DNA of 64,000 nucleotides, taken from a bacterium. GTDB taxonomy: Bacteria; ARS69. Made by a program: the position numbers and the translations under genes. Of this stretch, positions 47,237 through 61,724 are shown in pieces. Position 1 is the first letter of the stretch, and each line of letters begins with the position of its first letter. A model generated the notes under the pieces. That model did no database searches. It had not been told where the DNA came from and saw only the letters and a program-made list of their open reading frames with translations. The DNA lies in the NCBI GenBank assembly GCA_041393395.1, contig JAWKKG010000002.1, positions 759,620-823,619 on the forward strand, written 5' to 3'.

Positions 47237-48178
47237 TCAGTGAATCAGGTACAGCAGCGGGAACAGGAAGATCCAGATCAGGTCGACGATGTGCCAGTAC
47301 AGGCCGACGAGATCGACCGGCGTGAAGTAGTCCGGTCCGAACGTCCCGCGCAGCGAGAGCACGAGCAGCCAGGTGATCACGATCATGCCGGCCAGCACGT
47401 GGAATCCGTGCAGACCCGTCATCGCGAAGTAGATCCCGAAGAAGATCTGTGGGTTCGCGGGGACGGCCGCGGGGCCGTGGCCGTCCGTCGTCGGCTCCGG
47501 GCCCGGGCGGAACGTGCCGGGCGCTGCCGCGGCCCGACCGATCTTGGGGGCGTCCGCCGCGGACACGGGCGGGGTCGGCGTGACCTCCAGCGCGTGGGCT
47601 GCGGCTTCGTCTGCGGCCATCTCGTGCGCGACGGCGTCGCCTTCGGCGGGGGTCGCGTGGGCGTCGCCCGCCGCGGCGTGCGGGGCAGCCGCCTCGCCTG
47701 CCGCCGCCTCGTGTCCCGGGGCGGCATGGTCGCCCCCGTGGCCGTGATCCGTCTGCGCGACGTAGTGCGTGCCCGGCAGAAGTCCGTGCTCGAACTTCGC
47801 CTTGTACTCGACGTACTTGATTCCCATGAACCCGCCGGCGCACGCGAGCGTGAGCAGCAGCATGAGCACCAGGAGCGCCCGCTGCCCGAGCTGAGCGGCG
47901 CGCACCGCCCACGCCATGGTGAGGCTCGAGCAGATCAGCACGACCGTGTTGATCCCGCCGAGCTTCTTGTCCAGGAACTGGTGCGCGTACAGGAAGATGT
48001 CCGGGTGGTTGGCCCGGTAGATCGCGTAGGCGCAGAACAGCCCACCGAACATGAGCAGCTCGGTGCCGAGGAACAGCCACATGCCCAGCTTCCCGGATTC
48101 GAACTGCTGGACCGGGGTCTCGAAATGGTGGGCCAGGTGCGGCGGATGTTCCGCGTGCGCGGCCGAGTGAGCGGTCAT
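47237..48178 (-). CDS. ctaE: cytochrome c oxidase subunit III (with Ala/His-rich internal insertion)
   Basis: ..SGKLGMWLFLGTELLMFGGLFCAYAIY.. and C-terminal ..FFGIYFAMTGLHGFHVLAGM..VGLYWHIVDLIWIFLFPLLYL. ~90-aa low-complexity Ala/His/Pro-rich insertion between TM clusters. Confidence 0.85.
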   Translation of the reverse strand: MTAHSAAHAEHPPHLAHHFETPVQQFESGKLGMWLFLGTELLMFGGLFCAYAIYRANHPDIFLYAHQFLDKKLGGINTVVLICSSLTMAWAVRAAQLGQRALLVLMLLLTLACAGGFMGIKYVEYKAKFEHGLLPGTHYVAQTDHGHGGDHAAPGHEAAAGEAAAPHAAAGDAHATPAEGDAVAHEMAADEAAAHALEVTPTPPVSAADAPKIGRAAAAPGTFRPGPEPTTDGHGPAAVPANPQIFFGIYFAMTGLHGFHVLAGMIVITWLLVLSLRGTFGPDYFTPVDLVGLYWHIVDLIWIFLFPLLYLIH

Positions 48179-48208
48179 CGGATCGTTATCTCCCGGATTC
48201 CGTCGGGG

Positions 48209-49888
<1,680 letters not shown>

Positions 49889-49910
49889 CCGGGTTCTCCT
49901 CCCCGCTCGG

Positions 49911-50894
49911 CTACTTGAGGCTCTTGATGTAGGCGATGAGCGCGGCGAGTTCCTTCTCGTTCACGCGCCCCTGGAACGTCGGCATCACCGGATCGAAGCC
50001 GGCGACGACCTTGGCCTTCGGATTCAGGATCGATTCGCGGATGTAGTTCTCGTCCATCACGCCGGACGAGCCGTCGCTCCAGGCGCGACGGTTCCCGAAG
50101 GAGCCCTTGAACGTGGGGCCCACGCCTCCGGTCCCGTCGAGGCTGTGGCACTGGCGGCAGCCCTTGCGATCGTACAGGATCGCGCCGGCCTCCTCGGGGG
50201 CCATTTCGGAGATCCAGTCCGCCGCCTTCTTCATCCACTCGTCGAACTCGCCCTTCTCGTGGACGATGACCTTGCTCAGCATCTGGGAGTGGCTCGTCCC
50301 GCAGTATTCGGCGCAGAAGATCCGCGACTCGCCGGGATCGTCCGCCTGGAACCAGGCATCCGTGTAGCGCCCCGGGACGACGTCCATCTTCACGCGGAAC
50401 TCGGGAACGTAGAACGAGTGGAGCACGTCCATCGACGTCATCACGAGCCGGATCGGCTCGCCGGCGGGAACGTGGAGCTCCGAGTCCTCGTAGCCGTTCG
50501 GGTACTGGAACGCCCAGTTCCACTTCTGACCGATCACCCGGACCTCGTACGCGCCCTTGGGCGGCGTGCGCAGGTCCATGAAGCCGCGGAAGCCCATGAC
50601 GAAGATGCCGAGGACGAGGAGGAGGGGCACGCCGCTCCAAAGCAGCTCCAGGAACGTGCTGTGGTGTGCGCTGGGCTGGGACTGGGGCACCGGGCCCTTC
50701 CGGCGGTACTTGAGCAGGAACCAGACCGCCATCACCAGAATCAGGACGAAGAAGAACACGCTCAGCCAGTAGATGAAGTAGAACGTGGCGTCGGTGCTCT
50801 TCGCGAACGTCGATTTGGCGGCGGGCAACCAGAACGATCCACCCGCCGAGGCGAGCAGACCCTCGGGCGCCATCGCCTGAAGGATCCCGATCAC
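49911..50894 (-). CDS. ctaC: cytochrome c oxidase subunit II with fused C-terminal cytochrome c domain (caa3-type)
   Basis: GTG 50894 overlaps the SCO stop (GTGA) with GGGAG upstream; alternative ATG 50873. CuA site (..[13 protein letters not shown]..) and C-terminal heme motif CRQCH. The 521-aa track ORF's N-terminal part is out-of-frame overlap with the SCO gene. Confidence 0.9.
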   Translation of the reverse strand: MIGILQAMAPEGLLASAGGSFWLPAAKSTFAKSTDATFYFIYWLSVFFFVLILVMAVWFLLKYRRKGPVPQSQPSAHHSTFLELLWSGVPLLLVLGIFVMGFRGFMDLRTPPKGAYEVRVIGQKWNWAFQYPNGYEDSELHVPAGEPIRLVMTSMDVLHSFYVPEFRVKMDVVPGRYTDAWFQADDPGESRIFCAEYCGTSHSQMLSKVIVHEKGEFDEWMKKAADWISEMAPEEAGAILYDRKGCRQCHSLDGTGGVGPTFKGSFGNRRAWSDGSSGVMDENYIRESILNPKAKVVAGFDPVMPTFQGRVNEKELAALIAYIKSLK

Positions 50895-51739
50895 GAATGC
50901 GCTCCCAGGGTTTCCCGGTGTCGTCGCCGAGCCGACCGACGCCACGCCGACGCCAGCCAGAGCCCGACCACGATCACGGTGAATGCGGCAAAGGCCCGCA
51001 TGAGGTTCATCGCGGCGGGCCCGTAACGGCCCTCCGTGTGGTCGTAGGCAAAACAGAACAGGATGATCTGATCCACGGGCGACCCGATCTTCCCGTCGGA
51101 CGCCTCCACGAGCGAGAGCCGCAGGGTCGCCGGATCGAACGCCACTCCGTACAGGTACCGGGAGAGACGCCCCTCCGGTGTCGCCAGGAACAGGGCGGCG
51201 GAGTGCGCGAACTCGCTGCGATCCTCCATCCACCGGTAGTTGAAGCCCAGCGCGGTGGCGAGCTTGTGCGTGTTCTCCTCGTCTCCCACGAGGAAGTGCC
51301 ACCCGTCTCTCGCCTCCGGACGGCCGAGCTCGCCGACGTAGCGCTCGCGCTTCGCCGTGGCGCCCTCGGGCGTGTCCCGCGGATCGAAGGAGACGGTCAC
51401 GATCTCGTACTCCTCCCCGGGGGTCCAGTCGAGGTCCCGGATCGCGGCGGTGAAGCCGTCCAGGAACACGTTGCACAGCATCGGGCAGTCGAAATAGACG
51501 AGATTCAGCACGACCGGCTTCCCCTGACCGAAATACTTGCCGAGCGAGACCTGCGCCCCGGACTCGTCACGGAACGTGAGGTCGAGCGGCACGGGCTCGT
51601 CGAGGTGCTCGGTGATACCGATGCCCTCGAGCGGTTCGGGCTGGTCCTCCAGCAACTGAGCGAACGCGGGGCCGCCCGTGAGGGCGGCCGCGGCGAGCGC
51701 CACGGCGGGCAGGAGGGGGAGACGGGTCGGTGCGATCAA
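50891..51739 (-). CDS. SCO1/SenC-family copper chaperone with C-terminal TM anchor
   Basis: Thioredoxin-fold with CxxxC copper site (..VYFDCPMLCNV..) and C-terminal hydrophobic segment (AFAAFTVIVVGLWLASAW). Confidence 0.85.
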   Translation of the reverse strand: MIAPTRLPLLPAVALAAAALTGGPAFAQLLEDQPEPLEGIGITEHLDEPVPLDLTFRDESGAQVSLGKYFGQGKPVVLNLVYFDCPMLCNVFLDGFTAAIRDLDWTPGEEYEIVTVSFDPRDTPEGATAKRERYVGELGRPEARDGWHFLVGDEENTHKLATALGFNYRWMEDRSEFAHSAALFLATPEGRLSRYLYGVAFDPATLRLSLVEASDGKIGSPVDQIILFCFAYDHTEGRYGPAAMNLMRAFAAFTVIVVGLWLASAWRRSARRRHRETLGAHS

Positions 51740-51749
51740 TCGGGTCCTC

Positions 51750-52079
51750 TCAGTGGTTCGCTTCCGCCAGATCCCGGGCAGTGAGCTCCATGGCGCGGTC
51801 GATCGGAATCGCCACGACCTGGGCGTCGCGATCGACCCAGCGGTACTCGCTGATCTGCTCGGTCTGGCTGGCCTTCAACTGCAACAGCGGCTCCGCGGGG
51901 CGATCGACGACCTTCACGACCTCCTCGCGCTCCTTCGCCCGGTCGAACAGGGCCTGCAGCGCGATGAGCGTGATCACGAAGATCGCCACGAAGATCAAGA
52001 TCACGTAGGCCGTCGGGCTCGCGCTCGGGTCGTCCTGCGGGGTCAACGATTTCGCGAGGTTCTGGTTCGCCACGGTCAA
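51750..52079 (-). CDS. small single-TM membrane protein (hypothetical; possibly an ACIII/oxidase accessory subunit)
   Basis: 109 aa, one TM (AYVILIFVAIFVITLIALQALF). Tightly packed between actF and sco (5-bp and 10-bp gaps). Confidence 0.4.
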   Translation of the reverse strand: MTVANQNLAKSLTPQDDPSASPTAYVILIFVAIFVITLIALQALFDRAKEREEVVKVVDRPAEPLLQLKASQTEQISEYRWVDRDAQVVAIPIDRAMELTARDLAEANH

Positions 52080-52083
52080 CCTC

Positions 52084-53316
52084 TCAGAAGTTCTCGAACG
52101 CCAGGGACTCGCCGAGACGCGGATCCCGCTTGGGAATCAGGGCGCAGCCGTTCATGCGGGTGAGGAACGCGCCCAGGAACAGGCCGCCGATCCCCACGAA
52201 CGCCGCGACGTCCACCGCGCTGAGGGGCACGACGCCCTCGCTCGCGTGCGGCATGACGATGTAATAGAGGTCCACCCAGTGCATGATCAGCATCCAGGAC
52301 GCGCCCACGGTGAGGGCGACCCCGGATCGCTTCGGGACCCGGGACATCAGCGCCAGGAACGGCACGATGAAATGACCGATCAGCAGGAACCAGCTCCAGT
52401 TCGTCCACTCGCCGGTCTGGCGGCGGAGGAACCACTGGGTCTCCTCGGGGATGTTCGCGTACCAGTACAGCATGTACTGCGAGAACGCGATGTAGGCCCA
52501 GAAGATCACGAACGCGAACACGAGCTTGCCCATGTCGTGGTAGTGCTCGACCGTGATCAGCCCCGTCACCCGTCCCGCCCGCTGCACGCCGCGTGAAACC
52601 AGCGGCAGGGTGGCGAAGAACGCGAGCGCGCTGCCCGCGAAGTAGTACACGCCCCACATCGTGCTGAACCACGTGGGCTCGAGGCTCATCATGAAGTCGA
52701 TCGCGGCGCCCGTGAGGGTGAACGCGAACACGTAGATGAGGGGGGCGGACCACTTCTGCATGCGCTGGGTGATGGCCGGGTCGCCGGACTCGTCCTGGCG
52801 GACCGAACTGCGGAAGAACCACGTGCCCATGAGGGTCCAGGCCGCGAAGTACACGACCACACGGATCAGGAAGAACGTCGGGTTCAGGTACCCCGACTTC
52901 CACTGCAGCAACGGCTCCTCCGCCACGACGGCGGGCTTCGTCCACTGGAAGAACGGATCGTTGCCCATCAGGACCGGAATCACGATCGGCAGGACCAGGA
53001 CCGCCATCAGGGGAGCGTTGGCCGCGAACGCCTCGGCGAACCGGCGGATGGTGACGCTCCAGCCGGCGCGAGTCAGGTGCTGGATCAGCACGAAGAACAG
53101 CGCCCCGAGCATGATGCTCAGGAAGTACATGTAGTTCTGCAGGTACGACAGCATCGCCCGCTGCCAGGTCTCCGCGCCGCCCCGGGCGCCCAGGAGACCG
53201 GTCACCACGAGCCCGGCGACGCCGAGACCGTAGGCCACGCGGCGGAGGTTCGATCCCGCGCCGTCGAGGGTCAGCCGTTCCCCGGAGAGATCCGGCACGT
53301 GATGGGTCGCGCTCAA
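52084..53316 (-). CDS. actF: alternative complex III subunit ActF (NrfD-like membrane protein)
   Basis: 410 aa polytopic NrfD/PsrC-like protein positioned after actE as in characterised ACIII operons. Confidence 0.8.
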   Translation of the reverse strand: MSATHHVPDLSGERLTLDGAGSNLRRVAYGLGVAGLVVTGLLGARGGAETWQRAMLSYLQNYMYFLSIMLGALFFVLIQHLTRAGWSVTIRRFAEAFAANAPLMAVLVLPIVIPVLMGNDPFFQWTKPAVVAEEPLLQWKSGYLNPTFFLIRVVVYFAAWTLMGTWFFRSSVRQDESGDPAITQRMQKWSAPLIYVFAFTLTGAAIDFMMSLEPTWFSTMWGVYYFAGSALAFFATLPLVSRGVQRAGRVTGLITVEHYHDMGKLVFAFVIFWAYIAFSQYMLYWYANIPEETQWFLRRQTGEWTNWSWFLLIGHFIVPFLALMSRVPKRSGVALTVGASWMLIMHWVDLYYIVMPHASEGVVPLSAVDVAAFVGIGGLFLGAFLTRMNGCALIPKRDPRLGESLAFENF

Positions 53317-53325
53317 GGTCCCCTC

Positions 53326-53997
53326 CTAGCGAAGACGGTCGGCGACATCCGCGGGAACGTCCTGCGGCGTCGCGTGCTGACTGCGCTCCAGCGCACGCAC
53401 GTAGCCCACGATCGCCCACCGGTCCTCGGTGGAGATCTGCGATCCGTAGGCGGGCATGTTCCGGATACCGTTCGTGATGGTGTTGAAGATGTGCCCGTCG
53501 GGTCGCGCGCGCACGACGTCGTCGTGCAGCGACGTGGGGGGCGTCCATTGCGCGTTGCCGAGATCCATGAGCGCGAGTCCGCGCTGGTGGACCATCCCGT
53601 CGCCGTACCCGGACGTGCCGTGGCAGACGGCGCAGTAGATGTTGAACTCGCGCTCGCCGCGCGAGAGCAGCATCTCCCAGCTGCCGAACGCGTCGCGGGC
53701 CGCGGCGGGAATGGTGGGCGTGAACTCGCCGTCGGCGCCGATGCCGCGGAAGAACAGGTCGTCGGCCCGGAGCTGTCCGCGCGCGACCGTGCCGCCCGGG
53801 GCCGGACGCATCGCGCGCCCGTCCGCGAACATCGCGTTCTCGGTCTGCGGGAGATACTTCGGCTGATAGTCCATGTCCGGGATCAGGTTGATCCGCGGCG
53901 TGCCCTGCCGGTCGGCGCGGGCGCGGTTGATCATCGCGGCGGGAATGAACGAGATGATCACCAGGGCGATGAACCCGGGAATGAGCCACTTCGGCAT
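53326..53997 (-). CDS. actE: alternative complex III subunit ActE (membrane-anchored monoheme cytochrome c)
   Basis: N-terminal TM and a single CxxCH (CAVCHG). Confidence 0.8.
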   Translation of the reverse strand: MPKWLIPGFIALVIISFIPAAMINRARADRQGTPRINLIPDMDYQPKYLPQTENAMFADGRAMRPAPGGTVARGQLRADDLFFRGIGADGEFTPTIPAAARDAFGSWEMLLSRGEREFNIYCAVCHGTSGYGDGMVHQRGLALMDLGNAQWTPPTSLHDDVVRARPDGHIFNTITNGIRNMPAYGSQISTEDRWAIVGYVRALERSQHATPQDVPADVADRLR

Positions 53998-54001
53998 TCC
54001 G

Positions 54002-54556
54002 TCAGACCTCCAAACGCTCGAGGTGGCTGCCGCCGAGGGACCGCAGGAACTCCGCGGTGCCGCGCTCGTCGAACAGGGGATCCTCCGCTTCGATGCTCAG
54101 GAAGAAGCGATCCTGGGTCGCACGGCGGAACCGGTCACTGGAGAACACGGGGTGGTTCCAGCGCGGGAAGCCGTTCAGCAGGATCATTCCGAAGAAAGCC
54201 CCGAACGCGCTGAGCAGGATCGTGAGCTCGAACGTGACCGGGATGTTCGCGGGGATGCTCCAGAAGGGCTTGCCCGAGATCAGGAACGGGTAGTTGTGCG
54301 CGTTCGTCCACCACTGCAGGAGGAGTCCCGTGGCGCAGCCGGTCATGCCGCCGCCGAGGACGACCCAGGGCACGAGCGTGGACTTCAGACCCATCGCGCG
54401 ATCCAGTCCGTGGACCGGGAACGGCGTGTGGGCATCCCAGCGCGTGTAGCCCGCGTCGCGAACCTGACGGGAGGCCTCGAGGATCTGCCCCGGGGTCTCG
54501 AACTCGAGCAGGTAGCCGGCCATCTTGCCTTCCATCGAACCGTTCCCGCCGCTCAT
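54002..54556 (-). CDS. actD: alternative complex III subunit ActD (DUF3341-type membrane protein)
   Basis: 184 aa with soluble N-domain then two TM helices (..[23 protein letters not shown].., ..[16 protein letters not shown]..). ATG overlaps the actC stop (ATGA). Upstream 445 aa of the track ORF are junk. Confidence 0.7.
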   Translation of the reverse strand: MSGGNGSMEGKMAGYLLEFETPGQILEASRQVRDAGYTRWDAHTPFPVHGLDRAMGLKSTLVPWVVLGGGMTGCATGLLLQWWTNAHNYPFLISGKPFWSIPANIPVTFELTILLSAFGAFFGMILLNGFPRWNHPVFSSDRFRRATQDRFFLSIEAEDPLFDERGTAEFLRSLGGSHLERLEV

Positions 54557-55997
54557 CGCACCGCCTCCGCGAGGACCCGATGCTCCCGTTCCGCGTGCGG
54601 GTCGTGCGAGTGGGCGTGGGCCTGAGGCATGATCGCCTTGATCTCGGCCATCGCCACCATCGGCAGCCAGCGGATGAAGAGCAGGAAGAGGGTGAAGAAC
54701 AGGCCGAAGCTGCCGACCAGCGTGAGGATGTCGACCCACGTGGGCCAGTACATGCCCCAGGCGGACGGCAGGAAGTCGGCCGCGAGCGACGTGACGGTGA
54801 TCACGAACCGCTCGAACCACATGCCCACGTTCACGAAGAACGCGATCACCAGCATGGCCGGGATCGACGTGCGGATCTTCTTGAACCAGTACAGCTGCGG
54901 GCTGATCACGTTGCAGGACACCATGATCCAGTAGGCCCACCAGTACGGCCCGAACGCCCGGTTCTGGAACGCGAACGACTCGTACGGATTGCCGCCGTAC
55001 CAGGCGATGAAGAACTCCATCGCGTAGGCGTAGCCGACCATGGAGCCGGTCGCGAGGATGATCTTGTTCATGTTCTCCAGGTGCCGCATCGTGATGATCT
55101 CCTGCAGGCCGTAGATGCTGCGCGCGATCACGGCCAGGAAGACCACCATGGCGAATCCGGAGAAGATGGCGCCCGCCACGAAGTAGGGCGGGAAGATCGT
55201 GGTGTGCCAGCCGGGCAGCTGCGCCACGGCGAAGTCGAAGGACACCACGGAGTGCACGGAGAGCACGAGCGGCGTGGCGAGGGCGGCGAGGATCAGGTAG
55301 GCCCGCTCGTAGCGCTGCCAGTGACGGTTGGAGCCCCGCCAGCCGAGGGCGAACACGCCGTAGGCCGTCTCCCGCAGCTTCGTCTTGGCCCGATCGCGCA
55401 GCGTGGCGATGTCCGGGATCAGCCCCATGTACCAGAACAGCAGCGACACCGTGAAGTACGTGCCGACCGCGAACACGTCCCACAGCAGCGGGCTGCGGAA
55501 GTTCGGCCACATCCAGAGCTGCTGGTCCGGGATGGGGAAGAGGAACCACACCATCCAGACCCGGCCGACGTGGATGCCGGGGAACACGAGCGCGCAGATG
55601 ACCGCGAAGATGGTCATGGCTTCCGCGAACCGGTTGATGCCCGTCCGCCAGTTCTGACGGAACAGGTAGAGGATCGCGGAGATCAGCGTGCCGGCGTGAC
55701 CGATACCGACCCAGAACACGAAGTTGACGATCGCGAAGCCCCAGCCGACCGGGTTGTTGACGCCCCAGACGCCGACGCCCGTGTAGAACAGGTAGCCGAT
55801 CATCGCGAGGAGCATCGTCATGACGGTGGCCGACAGGCCGAACAGCGCCCACCAGGCCTTGGGGGTCTTCGAGGTCTCGACGACGCGACACACCTTCTCG
55901 GTGACCGACGCGAAGTCGTTGTCCCCGAGAATGAGCGGAGGACGCGTCCGCACGTCTTCCGACGTGTCGGTCAGGGAGTTCGCCAGGCTCATCGTGG

Positions 55998-56001
<4 letters not shown>
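54553..56001 (-). CDS. actC: alternative complex III subunit ActC (NrfD-like quinol-interacting membrane subunit)
   Basis: 482 aa with about ten TM helices, NrfD/PsrC family pattern. ATG overlaps the actB stop (ATGA). Confidence 0.85.
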
Positions 56002-59122
<3,121 letters not shown>

Positions 59123-59135
<13 letters not shown>

Positions 59136-59803
59136 GTGGAACAGTCCTGCGGAGGGTTGATGTCGAAGGCGGCCGCGAGCTCGGCGCCGTAGGCTTTCGG
59201 ATCCTTCGGGGCGACCCAGGTCATGTTCGTGACCTCGGAGACCGGGCGCAGGTTCTTCTCCGGCGCGCGATGGCAATCGAGGCACCACGCCATGCTGAGT
59301 GGCGCGTTCTGGTAGACCGTCTCCATCTGGTCCACGCGACCGTGGCACGTGACGCAGCCGATGCCGCGGGTGACGTGCGCGCTGTGGTTGAAGTAGACGA
59401 AGTCCGGCAGATCGTGCACCCGCACCCACTCCACCGGCATGCCGGTCGAGTAGCTCTCCCGCACCGGGAGGAGCTTCTCGCTCTCCGGCCAGATCGCGGT
59501 GTGGCAGTTCATGCAGGTCTGGGTCGGCGGAATCGAGGCGAACGCGGAGCGCTCCACGGTGTTGTGGCAATAGCGGCAGTCCAGGCCGAGCTGACCCGCG
59601 TGCAGCGCGTGGCTGTAGGGTACGGGTTGCTCGGGCTGGTACCCGATGTCCATGGCCTGGGGACTGATTCCGTAATACAGGAGGAACACGACATACAGGG
59701 CGCCGAGGCCCGCGAGGACTCCGCCCACCTTTACCGTGATGTCGAGCCACGGCGGGAAGACGGCCTTGCGCTTCGCTCTGGAGATATCGTCGGACACGTT
59801 CAA
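59123..59803 (-). CDS. actA: alternative complex III subunit ActA (pentaheme cytochrome c)
   Basis: N-terminal TM plus five CxxCH motifs (CRYCH, CMNCH, CVTCH, CLDCH, CSTCH). 13-bp overlap with the actB start. Confidence 0.9.
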
Positions 59804-60007
59804 CTCGTTCCGAGGCCGCGGTACGACCCGTCGACGGCGGCGCCGATGCCGTTGCCGTCAGACTGAAAACGGGTTCGGACAAGGCCGGAAAGGGGAATGT
59901 CTCGTCGAGGTCCGCGGCAAGATAGCGGCTTGTGACGGAAGGAGCAAGCCCGTTTTCTGGTGTCGTCCGTCGTCTTTTGGCGGATCGCGGATCCGTCCGC
60001 CCCGGTC

Positions 60008-60799
60008 CTAGGCCGTCTTGCGGCGCTTGGAAGCCACCAGGACGGCCGCGGTCACCGCGAGAACCGCGAAACCGACCGTGACGGCGGCCGCGAGAGCCGG
60101 CGTCGGGCCGCCCGTCGCGTCGCGGCCGAGGCCGTGCCGGAGCATGGCCAGCCCGTAGGTCGTGGGGTTGATCGCCATCAGGATGCGGATCGGGGTCGCG
60201 GCCCCCGCGGCAGGGAAGAGCGCGCCCGAGAGCGCCCACATCGGCATCAGCAGCAGGTTCATCACCCCATGGAACGCCTGCACGGAGTCCACGCGCCAGG
60301 CGAACACGAAGCCGAGCGCGGTGATCCCCATCGAGAGCAGGATCAGCGCGGCGGCGGCCTCGAGGGCGCCCGCCAGCCCGGGCCCCCCGCCCGAGAAGGC
60401 CGAGCGCGTCGCGACTGCCACCCCCAGGAACAGCAGGGCCTGCAGGATCGCGAGGGTCGCCCCCCCGAGCACCTTGCCCATCACGATCGCGAGCCGGGAG
60501 ACCGGGGCCACCAGCACGCCCTGGAGAAAACCCTCGCGGCGGTCCTCGATGATGGAGATGTTCGCGAAGATCGCCGTGAACAGCACGATCAGCACGACCG
60601 TGCCGGGCAGGAAGTACTCGAAGGAACTCGACTCGGGGGAACCCGCGGGCCGGAACGAACCGCCGTACCCCGCACCGAACAGGAGCCAGAACAGGACCGG
60701 GGTCAGAAGGGACCCCGTGACCCGGCTCCGCTGGCGGACGAAGCGGACCATCTCGCGCTGCCAGAGGCTGAACGCCGGCAGCCAGGTCTGGTCACGCAT
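60008..60799 (-). CDS. ABC-2 type transporter permease
   Basis: 263 aa with six TM helices, ABC-2/NosY-like pattern. Start overlaps the ATPase gene stop by 8 bp. Confidence 0.75.
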   Translation of the reverse strand: MRDQTWLPAFSLWQREMVRFVRQRSRVTGSLLTPVLFWLLFGAGYGGSFRPAGSPESSSFEYFLPGTVVLIVLFTAIFANISIIEDRREGFLQGVLVAPVSRLAIVMGKVLGGATLAILQALLFLGVAVATRSAFSGGGPGLAGALEAAAALILLSMGITALGFVFAWRVDSVQAFHGVMNLLLMPMWALSGALFPAAGAATPIRILMAINPTTYGLAMLRHGLGRDATGGPTPALAAAVTVGFAVLAVTAAVLVASKRRKTA

Positions 60800-61724
60800 C
60801 GGAACCCTCCTCGAAGGCGCGGCCGGCGCGCCGGAAGAAGACGTCGGCCAGCCCGGGGCGGGCGACGGTCGCGGACAGGATCCGCTCGGGGAACGCGGCG
60901 AGGAGGGGAGTGAGCAGGGTCGCTCCGTCCTCGCGCTCCATCCGCACCTCGCCGTCGGCCACGAGGGCCTCCATCGCGAATCGCTCCCGGATCGCGGCCG
61001 CGAGGGCCTCCGGATCGTCGGAGGTCAGCTTGACGACCTCGCCGCCCACCTCGCGCACGAGAGCCGTCGGACTACCCAGCGCCACCAGGCGTCCGCGGTC
61101 CAGGATCGCGACTCGATCGCAGACCTCGGCTTCCTCGAACAGGTGGGTGGCGAGGAAGCAGGTCGTGCCCGATTCGTCGCGCGTTCGCTGGAGGAGGCGC
61201 AGCAGGTCGCGCCGCGCCGCCGGATCGAGGCCGGTGGAAGGCTCGTCCAGAAGCAGGAGGCGCGGGCGGTGGAGCACCGACTTGGCCACGTCGGCGCGAC
61301 GGGCGAGTCCGCCGGACAGTGTCTCCACATAATCACCGGCCCGGTCGGTTAGGCCGAATGCTTCAAGCATCACTTGAACTCGCTTCGCGAGATCCGGGCC
61401 ACGCAGTCCGTAGAGGTGGCCCTGGTGGATCAGGTTCTCGCGGACGGTCAGCTTGCGATCGAGACTCGGCGCCTGGAACGTCACGCCGAGCGCCTGCCGA
61501 ACGTCGGCGGGAGCGCGGCGGACGTCGTGTCCCGCGATCGTCGCCTCCCCGCGGGAGGCGTCCATCACCGTGGAGAGGATCCGGAACAGCGTGCTCTTGC
61601 CGCCTCCGTTCGGGCCGAGCAGCGCGACGATCTCCCCCGCGGCGAGCGTGAGCGACACGTCGTCCAGGGCCTTGCGGCTCCCGTAGTCGTGGCCGAGGCC
61701 GCGGGTCTCGAGGACGGCGTTCAA
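60792..61724 (-). CDS. ABC transporter ATP-binding protein
   Basis: TTG 61724 overlaps the ctaA stop (TTGA). Walker A GPNGGGKST, signature LSGGLARR, Walker B LLLLDEPSTGLD. N-terminal part of the 1024-aa track ORF is junk. Confidence 0.85.
   Translation of the reverse strand: MNAVLETRGLGHDYGSRKALDDVSLTLAAGEIVALLGPNGGGKSTLFRILSTVMDASRGEATIAGHDVRRAPADVRQALGVTFQAPSLDRKLTVRENLIHQGHLYGLRGPDLAKRVQVMLEAFGLTDRAGDYVETLSGGLARRADVAKSVLHRPRLLLLDEPSTGLDPAARRDLLRLLQRTRDESGTTCFLATHLFEEAEVCDRVAILDRGRLVALGSPTALVREVGGEVVKLTSDDPEALAAAIRERFAMEALVADGEVRMEREDGATLLTPLLAAFPERILSATVARPGLADVFFRRAGRAFEEGSDA

Noticed and set aside
59136-60239. N-terminal 368 aa of the 1413-aa actB track ORF, and similar N-terminal extensions of the tracks for 31147..33279, 42197..44329, 44134..46164, 46866..48080, 49911..51476, 54002..55891, 60792..63866
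   Set aside because: Extensions are out-of-frame overlaps with neighbouring real genes and compositionally junk. Internal starts with SD-like sequences and/or signal peptides give products of the expected family length.
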